This document shows, in pieces, positions 49,081-58,862 of a stretch of DNA of 64,000 bases. The notes under the pieces were generated by a model that ran no database searches, was not told the origin of the DNA, and was given only the letters and a program-made list of their open reading frames with translations. How positions within the stretch are numbered: the first letter of the stretch is position 1; each line of letters starts with the position of its first letter. The position numbers and the translations under genes were made by a program. Origin of the DNA: an uncultured bacterium (lineage in GTDB: Bacteria; Hydrogenedentota; Hydrogenedentia; Hydrogenedentales; Hydrogenedentaceae); assembly GCA_937124615.1 (NCBI GenBank), contig CAKZKR010000113.1, forward strand, positions 1,292-65,291, in the 5' to 3' direction.

Positions 49081-50187
49081 ATGAAAAGAAGAAATTTTAT
49101 ATTTTTGTTTTTTAGTTTAATACTCTGCGTAGTTGTTTTGTTTCTTTTAGCGTGGAGGGTACAGAAAACCCCACCTGATTTCAATCTTGCCTACGGTGAA
49201 CAGAGGATACCAATAGAGCGGTCTTTAGAGAAAACAGGCGAGACTATCTCTGTTTATTTTACATCTCCGGGTAAGGGAGAGAATGATGAGCCTGAGATTG
49301 TATCACATTTGACATACTTCCTGAACAGTGCAAGAAAAAATATCTATGGGGCCTTGTATGACCTTGATTATGAGTCGGTTGCGGAATTGCTTGTTCAAAA
49401 GTTTAAACAAGGGGTTGATGTAAAACTTGTGATTGAGCGGGATCATAGTCAGCGGGTATCCGTTTTAAAGTGTAGAGAAGCAGGCATACCTATAGTAGAA
49501 GATAACAACTCTGCTCTTATGCATAATAAATTCTTTGTGGTCGATGGTTCTTGGGTGTGGACAGGTTCAACAAATATTACATATAACTGTCTTTTTTTGA
49601 ATAACAACAATAGCGTTTTAATTCAATCTTCCCGACTTTCAGAAAATTATCTTTGTGAATTTGAAGAAATGTTTGTTAACCGCCAATATGGAATGAAATC
49701 TCCACGAAATACAAAGTATATGGAGATTAAGTGTGGCAATACGACAGTTGTATCCAATCTGTTTTCCCCTGAAGATAGGGTAGAACAAAGGGTAATAAAG
49801 GAGATAGGAAAAACAAAAAAGTCGGTTCGATTCATGGCATTTTCATTTACCTCTGAACTCATAGCGAATGAATTGGTTCAAGCGAGTAGAAAGGGAGCAA
49901 TTGTTCAAGGAGTTTTTGAAAAAAGGAATGCAGGTAATACCGCATCCCGAGATGAATACTTAAAACATTTTGGAATAGATGTTCGCTGGGATAGTAATCC
50001 TAAAACAATGCATCATAAGGTCATGATTTTAGATGAGGAGGTTGTAATAACGGGAAGTTATAACTTTACAGGGTCTGCGGAGAAGCGGAATGATGAAAAT
50101 GTTATAATTATTTGCGATGCTGAAATTGCTCGTGAATACACAAGCGAGTTTTATCGTATATTTGAAATAAGTATCCCTGTCCGATAG
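49081..50187 (+). CDS. Membrane-anchored phospholipase D family protein with two HKD motifs (Nuc/PLD-like)
   Basis: MHNKFFVVD...TGSTN and MHHKVMILD...TGSYN. Confidence 0.9.
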   Translation: MKRRNFIFLFFSLILCVVVLFLLAWRVQKTPPDFNLAYGEQRIPIERSLEKTGETISVYFTSPGKGENDEPEIVSHLTYFLNSARKNIYGALYDLDYESVAELLVQKFKQGVDVKLVIERDHSQRVSVLKCREAGIPIVEDNNSALMHNKFFVVDGSWVWTGSTNITYNCLFLNNNNSVLIQSSRLSENYLCEFEEMFVNRQYGMKSPRNTKYMEIKCGNTTVVSNLFSPEDRVEQRVIKEIGKTKKSVRFMAFSFTSELIANELVQASRKGAIVQGVFEKRNAGNTASRDEYLKHFGIDVRWDSNPKTMHHKVMILDEEVVITGSYNFTGSAEKRNDENVIIICDAEIAREYTSEFYRIFEISIPVR

Positions 50188-50249
50188 ATAATTAAGAAAT
50201 ATTTTTTGTCTGGGATTTTATATTGGAATCTATATAGAAAGGGAAAGTT

Positions 50250-51092
50250 GTGAACATTCATCCGACCGCAATTGTTCATCCAACGGCGGAATTAGGGAAG
50301 GATATAGTAATTGAGCCGTATGCGATTATTGAGCCGAATGTTGTAATTGGGGATAATTCTATTATTGGTCCTTATTGTGTTATCGGTTCTGGTACGATAA
50401 TGGGAAAAAACAATCGTTGTTTTGCTGGGGCACAAATTGGAATTGTTCCCCAGGATTTGAAACATGTAAAAGGACGGTATGGCAAAACAATGATTGGAGA
50501 CAAAAACACTTTTCGCGAATTTGTAACGATAAGTTCGAGCACGGTATACGCGGAAGATGAGGAAGAAAAAGCCACTATTATTGGTAATGATTGTCTTTTT
50601 ATGGCTTGCACGCATGTTGCCCATGACTGCCATGTGGGAAATCGTGTGATAATGGCAAATAACTCTGCTCTTGCAGGGCATGTTACTGTGGAGAATTTTG
50701 CTTCCATTGGGGGATTGAGTGGAATCCACCAGTTTTGTACTGTAGGACAATATTCCTTTGTAGGGGCTATGTCCCGCGTCGGGAAAGATGTCCTTCCTTA
50801 TATGATTACAGAAGGTTATCCTGCGCAATGTTTCGGTCCCAATGTAATAGGTTTACAGCGGGCTGGTTTTAGTGCCGAAGCCATTAGTAGGATTCGGCAG
50901 ATGTATCGTTTGCTTTACCGTTCCAGTTTGAATACACAACAGGCAGTAGAGGCTATATTGGAACAAGTTAAGGATAGTCCCGAACGGCAGGTTATCCTTG
51001 ACTTTATTAAGAATTCGAAACGGGGTCTATCCAAAGGTCCTTTATCTCCCAAAGAGGCTCAAATAAATCCAATTAGCGATGAATTGGTCTAA
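50250..51092 (+). CDS. lpxA: Acyl-ACP--UDP-GlcNAc(3N) acyltransferase
   Basis: IHPTAIV, hexapeptide repeats, PQDLK, HVAHDC, LAGHV, HQFC, NVIGLQRAGF. Confidence 0.95.
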   Translation: MNIHPTAIVHPTAELGKDIVIEPYAIIEPNVVIGDNSIIGPYCVIGSGTIMGKNNRCFAGAQIGIVPQDLKHVKGRYGKTMIGDKNTFREFVTISSSTVYAEDEEEKATIIGNDCLFMACTHVAHDCHVGNRVIMANNSALAGHVTVENFASIGGLSGIHQFCTVGQYSFVGAMSRVGKDVLPYMITEGYPAQCFGPNVIGLQRAGFSAEAISRIRQMYRLLYRSSLNTQQAVEAILEQVKDSPERQVILDFIKNSKRGLSKGPLSPKEAQINPISDELV

Positions 51093-51166
51093 ATGTATAT
51101 CGTTGTATGATAGAATATTTTGGGGATGTTAAAAATACAAAGCAAGTTTAATCTGGAAAAGAAGAA

Positions 51167-52132
51167 ATGAAAGAGAAAAATAGTAAATTACGCACGGGGG
51201 TTATCGGCTTTGGATATTTAGGTTTCCATCATACTCGGATTTATTCAGGACTTGATGATATAGATTTTGTAGGTATTGTTGATATTTCTGAGGAACGAAG
51301 AGAGAAGGCAAAGAATAACTTTCAGGTGCCTGTATTTTCATCCATTGAGGTATTATTAAAAGAAGGGGTAGATATTGTTTCTGTTGTTACACCGACATCT
51401 ACACACGCGGAAGTTACAATCCCATTCCTTGAAGCGGGGGTCCATGTTTTAGTAGAAAAACCCATTTCTACAACGATAGAAGAAGGGAAAAGAATGGTTG
51501 AGGCTGCTAAAAAGAACGGATGTATTCTGCAGGTGGGGCATGTGGAACGATTTAATGGTGCTGTTCGTGCTTTATTTAATTTGATTGGCAATACGCGGTT
51601 TATAGAATGCCATCGTTTAAGTCCGTTTCCCGGGAGGGGCACAGATGTTAGTGTTGTTCATGATTTAATGATACATGATATTGATATTATTTTGAGCCTT
51701 ACTCGCAGTTCTGTAGAATCAATGGATGCGGTAGGTGTTGCTGTCTTTTCGGATTCCGAAGATATTGCGAATGTTCGTCTCCGTTTTCAGTCGGGGTGTG
51801 TTGCTAACCTGACCGCGAGCCGTGTGTCAATGGACCGAATGCGAAAGATACGAATATTTTCAGACCGTGAATATGTTTCGACCGATTATAGTTCTCAAAG
51901 TTTGCTTGTATATCGCAAGAAGGAGGGAACAATTCCGCCTAACGGCAATCCGATGGAATTTATTGAAATTACACCCATTCAAATTTCTAATGAAGAGCCC
52001 CTGCTGGCAGAGATAAAGGCATTTGTTTCTGCTGTCCGTAATGGAACCTCTCCCGAAGTTTCGGGTGAAGATGGATTAAGGGCCTTAGAACTTTCCTGTC
52101 AAATTATTGAACAAATTCGGAGTAACAAGTGA
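51167..52132 (+). CDS. Gfo/Idh/MocA oxidoreductase, probable UDP-GlcNAc 3-dehydrogenase (GnnA-like)
   Basis: GVIGFGYLGFHH, HVLVEKPI, LQVGHVERFN, DVSVVHDLMIHDID, ANLTASRVS; lies between lpxA and lpxB. Confidence 0.8.
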   Translation: MKEKNSKLRTGVIGFGYLGFHHTRIYSGLDDIDFVGIVDISEERREKAKNNFQVPVFSSIEVLLKEGVDIVSVVTPTSTHAEVTIPFLEAGVHVLVEKPISTTIEEGKRMVEAAKKNGCILQVGHVERFNGAVRALFNLIGNTRFIECHRLSPFPGRGTDVSVVHDLMIHDIDIILSLTRSSVESMDAVGVAVFSDSEDIANVRLRFQSGCVANLTASRVSMDRMRKIRIFSDREYVSTDYSSQSLLVYRKKEGTIPPNGNPMEFIEITPIQISNEEPLLAEIKAFVSAVRNGTSPEVSGEDGLRALELSCQIIEQIRSNK

Positions 52133-53262
52133 ATACGATTTTCTGGGTAGTTGGTGACCCATCAGCCGATTTACATTGTGCGAGGATTATACGGGAACTA
52201 CGGCAATTAGCCCCTGATGTTAAGCATATCGGTTTGGGTGGCTGTAATATGGAAAAAGAAGGTTTTGTATTACTCCACGATCTATGTTCGGAGGCCTTCA
52301 TGGGATTTGTTGAGGTCGTCCGACATCTGGGTGATATAAAGAAATTAATACAAAACACAATAAACTGGATTAAAGAGAACAATCCCAAAGGAGTTGTCCT
52401 TGTAGATTATCCGGGCTTTAACTTGCATATTGCTCCCATGATAAAAGAATTAAATATCCCAATTATATATTATATTAGTCCACAGGTTTGGGCATGGAAA
52501 AAGAATAGAGTAAAAAAGATAGCCCAATGGGTCCAGAAGGTGCTTGTAATTTTCCCTTTTGAAGTGCCGATTTACGAACAAGAAGGGGTCGAATGTGTAT
52601 ATGTCGGACATCCATTACTGGATAAAATTCCCGGAATGAGGACCGAATGTAATTATACCCCCCCCTATATAATTGGCTTGTTACCGGGTAGCAGACCTCA
52701 GGAAATAAGAAGAAATTTTCCCGTTATGTTAGAAACTGCGAAACAGTTTTTGAATACATATCCACAAACACAATTTGTTGTACCTGCCTTTAACAAGAAT
52801 TGTGTAGAACACATTAAAAATATTGCTGGCGACTTTCCCATAGAAATCTATGAAGGAGGAATTGAAAAAGTATTACAACAAGCCCATGTAGGTATTGTTG
52901 CTTCAGGAACCGCAACTCTCGAGTCCGCTCTTTATGGGATGCCATTTATTCTCATATATCGGACCCATCTTTTAACTTATTATATCGCTCGATTTCTGGT
53001 GAATGTCCCATACATAGGCATTGTAAACATTTTAATGGACCAACAGGTAGTTCCGGAACTCATCCAAGGAAAGGCCATCCCATCAAATATGTATTCCCTG
53101 TTAGTTCATATGATTCAGAATTCGACTTTGAGAGAGAAAATGGTATATGATTTTAAACAACTAAGGGAAAAATTAGGTTCCCCCGGAGCAGGGAAACGGA
53201 CAGCAATTGAAATTTTAAGAACTTTGGGTATAAATCCGTCGGAAGAATCTCTCTTGAACTGA
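52129..53262 (+). CDS. lpxB: Lipid-A-disaccharide synthase
   Basis: GDPSADLH, VDYPGFNL, YYISPQVWAW, VIFPFE, VGHPL, LLPGSR, SGTATLE. Confidence 0.95.
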   Translation: MNTIFWVVGDPSADLHCARIIRELRQLAPDVKHIGLGGCNMEKEGFVLLHDLCSEAFMGFVEVVRHLGDIKKLIQNTINWIKENNPKGVVLVDYPGFNLHIAPMIKELNIPIIYYISPQVWAWKKNRVKKIAQWVQKVLVIFPFEVPIYEQEGVECVYVGHPLLDKIPGMRTECNYTPPYIIGLLPGSRPQEIRRNFPVMLETAKQFLNTYPQTQFVVPAFNKNCVEHIKNIAGDFPIEIYEGGIEKVLQQAHVGIVASGTATLESALYGMPFILIYRTHLLTYYIARFLVNVPYIGIVNILMDQQVVPELIQGKAIPSNMYSLLVHMIQNSTLREKMVYDFKQLREKLGSPGAGKRTAIEILRTLGINPSEESLLN

Positions 53263-53315
53263 GTTGTCATGGATAAAGAGAGATATTCAATATGTCAGTA
53301 TAAAAAGGCATTTTA

Positions 53316-56027
53316 ATGACAGATGTAGATTTGTTTTCATATCAATCACAAAGGCCGACAAAGAAAAAACTGTATCTTTTTGATGGAATGGGTTTTTTAT
53401 TCCGTTCTTTCTTTGCTATAAAGGCTCCTCTAAAAAGTAAGGATGGAAAATTTACAAATGCAGTGTATGGTTTTGCTCGTGCTTTATTAAAAGTTTTACG
53501 AGAACATGACCCGGACCATGTAGCCATTGCTTTTGATGCACCGGGAAAAACTTTTCGTGAAGAGATATTTCCGAAGTATAAAGCCAACCGTCCGGAAGCT
53601 CCAAAAGAGTTTTTATATCAAATCCCTATGGCCATACATCTTGCGGAGTGTTTAAACATACCCCTTCTCTTTGTTCAGGGGTTTGAAGCAGATGATGTTA
53701 TTGCAACACTCGTACATAATGCACAGTTTGAGAATTATGAAGTGGTGATTGTGTCTTCTGATAAGGACCTTATGCAATTAATAGATTCTCATACAAGAAT
53801 GTTTGACCCAACTCAAGGGGATAAGGGAAAGTGGTATTCGGGAAAAGAAGTTCGAGAACGGTTTGGAACAGACCCGCCTCATGTTCCGGATGCTCTCGCA
53901 CTTATTGGTGATACTGCAGATAATATTCCCGGTGTACCGGGTATCGGAGAAAAGACAGCAAAGAAATTAATGGAACAATATGGTTCCCTTGAAAATCTTT
54001 ATGAAAATATAGAAGCCCTTCCTGCTAAAATCAAAAATTCATTGATAGAAAATAAAGAGCAAGTTTTTGCCTGTCGGTCATTACTTACAGTAAGAAAAGA
54101 TGTTTCACTAAACATAACCCTTGATTCTCTAAAGCGGAAGCCTTTTGATAATGAAATCCTTAAAAAAGAATTATTAAACCTTTCCTTTTTGTCTTTGTTA
54201 CGGGAACTGAATTTGAATGAAACGGAAAATAAAACGGAAGAAGAAATAAACTTATGCTATACTATTGTTAGAGATACAAGTGGATTAAATGAACTCTTAC
54301 AAAAAATTAATAAAACAAGTTGCTTTTCATTTGACCTCGCTACTCTAAAAGATGGTATACTTATAGAGCAGTTAGTAGGTATTGCAATATCCCTCAAAGA
54401 AAAAGAAAATTATTTTATTCCCTTCAAAAAACAAAAAAGCGAATTTAATGAATTGGGTTTTAGTGAACTACAGAGGGCCGTCAAAATAATATTTGAAAAT
54501 AACAATTTAAGAAAACTGGGGTTTGATTTGAAAAAATCCATCCAAATACTTCATAGGAATAATATTGACTTTCAAGGTGCAGAAATGGATATAATGGTTG
54601 CCTCCTATCTAACAGATGCGGATTTTACAAACCATTCTCTTGAAAAAATTTCGGAAAGATTTTTAAATAAATATGCCTTATTTTCTGATAAATTAGAAAC
54701 TTCTGTAGAGGGTTCTATCTCGGAAAACAATATAAAAATAGTTTGCCAGAGAGCAGAAATGATTAATCTTTTATACCCTATATTTAAAGAAAAACTAAAG
54801 GAACAGTCAGTAGATAAATTATATCAAGAAATAGAACAACCCCTGATTTCCGTTTTGGCCCGAATGGAAGAACGAGGTATTGCTATTCATCCGAAATTGT
54901 TTGAGGAATTAGGGAAAGAATTGCAATCTCGAATTGTTTATTTAGAACAGGAAATTTATAGAGAGGCGGGTGCAAAATTTAATATCAATTCGCCCAAGCA
55001 ATTACAGGTAGTATTATTTGAACAGTTGGGACTAAAACCCGTTCGCAAAACAAAAACAGGCTCTTCTACAGATATGGAAGTCCTGGAAGAATTAGCCGTT
55101 ATTCATCCCTTGCCTGCTCTGATCATCGAATATCGTACACTACAAAAATTGTTGAATACATATATAGAAACACTGCCCAAATTAGTCAATTCGGATACAG
55201 GTCGTATTCATACCAATTTTAACCAGACTGTAGTGGCCACCGGTAGACTCTCCAGTAGCGAGCCTAATTTACAGAATATTCCCATCCGCACAGAATATGG
55301 GAAACGGATACGCGAAGGTTTTGTCGCTACAGATAAAAACTGGAAATTGATATCCGCAGATTATTCACAAATTGAACTCCGAATATTAGCCCATCTTTCT
55401 GAAGACCCTATCCTTTGTGAAGCGTTTTATAATGACCTTGACATTCATCGTGAGACAGCATCGAAAGTATTTGGGATTCCTTTTGATGCAGTAACTGAAG
55501 AACAACGGAGACAAGCCAAAGCAATTAATTTTGGCGTAATATATGGCATGACCCCTTATGGTTTATCCAGAGCAGTCGGTTTTAGCACTTCAGAAGCGAG
55601 TACATTTATTGAGTCTTATTTTAATCGTTTTGCCAGAGTAAGACAATGGCTGGACAAAACAATTGAGGAAGCCAGGAACAAAGGTTTTACAACTACTTTA
55701 TTTAATCGGCGGAGGTATTTATTCGGTTTAGACAGTTCCAATCAGGTCGTTCGTAAATCAGCGGAACGAATGGCTGTAAATACACCTGTACAGGGGAGTG
55801 CAGCGGATATTATAAAAAAAGCCATGATAGAGGTAGATGCTTATTTGAGGGAGTTAGGAGCATATGTATTGCTTCAGGTACATGATGAACTGTTAATAGA
55901 ATCTCCGAAAAATTCAGCAGAGGAAATCGCCCATCAGGTAAAATCTCTAATGGAGAAAATAGTTTCGCTGCGGGTTCCTCTTAAAGTGGATATAGGTTTA
56001 GGTGATAATTGGGCGGAGGCTCATTAG
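53316..56027 (+). CDS. polA: DNA polymerase I
   Basis: 5'-3' exonuclease motifs EADDVIAT, DKDL, GDTADNIPGVPGIGEKTA; TGRLSSSEPNLQNIP, ADYSQIELR, KAINFG, LLQVHDEL. Confidence 0.98.
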   Translation: MTDVDLFSYQSQRPTKKKLYLFDGMGFLFRSFFAIKAPLKSKDGKFTNAVYGFARALLKVLREHDPDHVAIAFDAPGKTFREEIFPKYKANRPEAPKEFLYQIPMAIHLAECLNIPLLFVQGFEADDVIATLVHNAQFENYEVVIVSSDKDLMQLIDSHTRMFDPTQGDKGKWYSGKEVRERFGTDPPHVPDALALIGDTADNIPGVPGIGEKTAKKLMEQYGSLENLYENIEALPAKIKNSLIENKEQVFACRSLLTVRKDVSLNITLDSLKRKPFDNEILKKELLNLSFLSLLRELNLNETENKTEEEINLCYTIVRDTSGLNELLQKINKTSCFSFDLATLKDGILIEQLVGIAISLKEKENYFIPFKKQKSEFNELGFSELQRAVKIIFENNNLRKLGFDLKKSIQILHRNNIDFQGAEMDIMVASYLTDADFTNHSLEKISERFLNKYALFSDKLETSVEGSISENNIKIVCQRAEMINLLYPIFKEKLKEQSVDKLYQEIEQPLISVLARMEERGIAIHPKLFEELGKELQSRIVYLEQEIYREAGAKFNINSPKQLQVVLFEQLGLKPVRKTKTGSSTDMEVLEELAVIHPLPALIIEYRTLQKLLNTYIETLPKLVNSDTGRIHTNFNQTVVATGRLSSSEPNLQNIPIRTEYGKRIREGFVATDKNWKLISADYSQIELRILAHLSEDPILCEAFYNDLDIHRETASKVFGIPFDAVTEEQRRQAKAINFGVIYGMTPYGLSRAVGFSTSEASTFIESYFNRFARVRQWLDKTIEEARNKGFTTTLFNRRRYLFGLDSSNQVVRKSAERMAVNTPVQGSAADIIKKAMIEVDAYLRELGAYVLLQVHDELLIESPKNSAEEIAHQVKSLMEKIVSLRVPLKVDIGLGDNWAEAH

Positions 56028-56090
56028 TAAATTAAAAAATTGCAAAAAAAATAGCGGTTATATCTCGCTAAACAAAATAAGGAATTGTTT

Positions 56091-57572
56091 ATGAATGATT
56101 ATCAAACAACTGTAAACAACAAACAACAGGAAAAACGGAAGTTTAGGACCATGGGAAGTAAAAGAACTTACTCACATCATTCCAATTCTCATCAAAATTC
56201 CAATCGGAATAACCGCAACAATCGCAACAACCGAAACAGCCATCAAAACCTGTCTAAAAAACCGCCTCTGCCGGATGTGGCAGAAGAAGAATTTAATGAA
56301 ATTATGGTGGATGGACCCGAAATCGCAATTTCGGATTTGAAAAAGATGTCCATTCAACAGTTGAGTGAGATGGCGGTGAATCTGGCAATTGAAGATTCAG
56401 GTTCCCTTAAGAAGCAAGACCTTATTTTCAAAATTTTGCAAAAATGTTTTGACCATTCCGGTTCCGTGGTAGGCGAAGGGACCCTGGAAATACTAACGGA
56501 TAATTATGGCTTCATGCGTTCGCCCGATGCATCCTACCTTCCCGGACCTGATGATATATATGTTTCCCCTTCACAGATTCGGAAATTTGGATTAAGAACG
56601 GGCGATACGATTCGTGGACATGTCCGCCCTCCGAAGGAAGGGGAACGATATTTCGCTTTGCTAAGAGTAGAATCCGTAAACGGAGACCCGCCCGAAGTTA
56701 CGCACCAACGACTCCTTTTTGATAGTTTAACGCCTCTTCATCCTAATGAACGGTTCTATCTCGAAACGACTCCTGACGAGATAGCCATGAGAATTATGGA
56801 CTTGATTTCACCTATTGGGAAAGGACAACGCGGGTTGATTGTTGCAGCACCATTTACAGGAAAAACCGTTCTCCTACAGAAAATTGCAAATAGCATTACA
56901 AAAAACCATCCCGAAGTTACCATTATTGTCCTTTTAATCGATGAACGACCTGAAGAAGTTACGGACATGAGGCGCTCTGTTGCCGCTGAAGTAATTGCTT
57001 CAACCTTTGATGAACCTCCCGATAGGCATATTCAGGTAGCAGAAATGGTACTCAATAAGGCAAAACGGCTTGTAGAGCATAAAAAAGATGTGGTGATTTT
57101 ATTAGACTCAATGACTCGACTTGCCCGTGCATATAATGTTCTGGTACCTTCCAGCGGTAAAGTGCTTTCAGGTGGTATTGAAGCCAATGCCTTACAAAAA
57201 CCGAAACGATTCTTCGGTGCAGCACGGAAGGTAGAAGAGGGGGGAAGTTTAACCATCCTTTCTACCGCTTTAATTGATACAGGTAGTCGTATGGACGATG
57301 TTATCTTTGAAGAATTTAAGGGTACCGGGAATATGGAAATTCATCTGGACCGTCGGCTGATGGAAAAGCGAATTTTCCCCGCAATTAATGTAATGCTTTC
57401 ACGAACACGAAAAGAAGAATTGCTAATTGTTAAAGAAGACCTGGAAAAAATTTGGCTATTGTTGCGTGTGTTGAGTCCCTTAGATACTGTGGAAGCAACA
57501 GAACTACTTATTGAAAAACTGAAAAAGACAAAAAGTAACGCCGATTTCCTTAATAGCATGCAAAAGATGTAA
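56091..57572 (+). CDS. rho: Transcription termination factor Rho with Asn/Arg/His-rich N-terminal extension
   Basis: [50 protein letters not shown]. Confidence 0.97.
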   Translation: MNDYQTTVNNKQQEKRKFRTMGSKRTYSHHSNSHQNSNRNNRNNRNNRNSHQNLSKKPPLPDVAEEEFNEIMVDGPEIAISDLKKMSIQQLSEMAVNLAIEDSGSLKKQDLIFKILQKCFDHSGSVVGEGTLEILTDNYGFMRSPDASYLPGPDDIYVSPSQIRKFGLRTGDTIRGHVRPPKEGERYFALLRVESVNGDPPEVTHQRLLFDSLTPLHPNERFYLETTPDEIAMRIMDLISPIGKGQRGLIVAAPFTGKTVLLQKIANSITKNHPEVTIIVLLIDERPEEVTDMRRSVAAEVIASTFDEPPDRHIQVAEMVLNKAKRLVEHKKDVVILLDSMTRLARAYNVLVPSSGKVLSGGIEANALQKPKRFFGAARKVEEGGSLTILSTALIDTGSRMDDVIFEEFKGTGNMEIHLDRRLMEKRIFPAINVMLSRTRKEELLIVKEDLEKIWLLLRVLSPLDTVEATELLIEKLKKTKSNADFLNSMQKM

Positions 57573-57604
57573 TATTCTTTGTTCTTCAAAGAATATCTTT
57601 TTAT
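57572..57604 (+). terminator. AT-rich intrinsic terminator after rho
   Basis: ATATTCTTTG-TTCTT-CAAAGAATAT 10-bp stem followed by CTTTTTAT. Confidence 0.55.
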
Positions 57605-57749
57605 TGTTATTTGGAAAAGTAGTTATTCTTAGGAAGGGGAAGAAAAACAAAAAAGTGTAAAAGGCCTTTTTGGGACACCTCTGAGTATACTATTCAAAAG
57701 TTTCTATTTCCTTTCCATTTTTTCATCAAAGTTAAAGATGGAGTTTTTT

Positions 57750-58862
57750 ATGAAAGTGCCAATGTTAAACTTAAAGGCTCAATACAGCCAGATCAGAGAA
57801 GAGATTCTAAAAACAATCGAAGAGGTTCTGGAAACGCAACAATTTCGGGGCGGTGATGTCCTTACACGGTTTGAGGAAGAGATAAAAACATTTATTCAGT
57901 GTTCTTATGCGGTTGGTGTGGGTTCAGGAACAGATGCATTAATAATTGGATTGAAAGCGTTGGGGTTACAACCGGGGGATGAGGTTATTACAACACCGTT
58001 TTCATTTATTGCCACTGCAAGCAGTATTGTGTTGGCAGGGGGTATCCCTGTGTTTGCAGATATTGAACCGGATACTTATCATTTAAATCCTGACGAAGTA
58101 GTTCGGAAAATTTCCGAACGGACAAAAATCTTGCTTCCTGTTCATCTATACGGACAATGCGCAGATATGCCCTCATTTATATCTCTAGCAAAACGATACT
58201 CCCTTCAAATTCTCGAAGACTCTGCCCAGGCAATAGGAGCACAATTGCTCGGGAAAAATGCAGGTAACTGGGGTGATGCAAGTGCTTTTAGTTTCTATCC
58301 GACAAAAAATTTAGGGGCAATGGGGGAAGGGGGACTAATCACGACGAATAAAGAGAAAGTTGCAGAGCGTATCGTATTACTGCGTTGTCATGGGTCAAAA
58401 AAAACTTATGAACATGAACTCATTGGATATAATAGCCATTTACATACATTACAAGCAGGTATATTAAGCGTAAAACTTCGTTATCTACAACAATGGAATG
58501 AAAACCGTCGTAAAATAGCCCACTACTACTCGGAACGGATGAAAGAACTATCTGAATTAAAATTACCCGTTGAACGGGAACATAGTTATGCGGTATACCA
58601 TCAATATGTCATCCGAATTCCAGACCGTGAATCTGCACGACAGTTTCTCCACCAACGCGGTATTTCTACTTCTGTTTTCTATCCCATCCCCATTCACCAC
58701 CAACCCTGTTTTCAAAACTTTGCCTCGTCCCGAGAAAGATATCCCGAAGCGGAAAAAGCAAGTCGGGAAGTATTAGCACTTCCTATTTATCCGGAAATGA
58801 CGACTGAAGAAGTGGATTATGTCGTGGAAGGGATAAAATCGTATTTAGCACACAAAAGATAG
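57750..58862 (+). CDS. DegT/DnrJ/EryC1/StrS PLP-dependent aminotransferase (GnnB/WbpE-like)
   Basis: SGTDAL, PVHLYGQCADM, EDSAQAIGA, SFYPTKNLGAMGEGG, LALPIYP. Confidence 0.9.
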   Translation: MKVPMLNLKAQYSQIREEILKTIEEVLETQQFRGGDVLTRFEEEIKTFIQCSYAVGVGSGTDALIIGLKALGLQPGDEVITTPFSFIATASSIVLAGGIPVFADIEPDTYHLNPDEVVRKISERTKILLPVHLYGQCADMPSFISLAKRYSLQILEDSAQAIGAQLLGKNAGNWGDASAFSFYPTKNLGAMGEGGLITTNKEKVAERIVLLRCHGSKKTYEHELIGYNSHLHTLQAGILSVKLRYLQQWNENRRKIAHYYSERMKELSELKLPVEREHSYAVYHQYVIRIPDRESARQFLHQRGISTSVFYPIPIHHQPCFQNFASSRERYPEAEKASREVLALPIYPEMTTEEVDYVVEGIKSYLAHKR

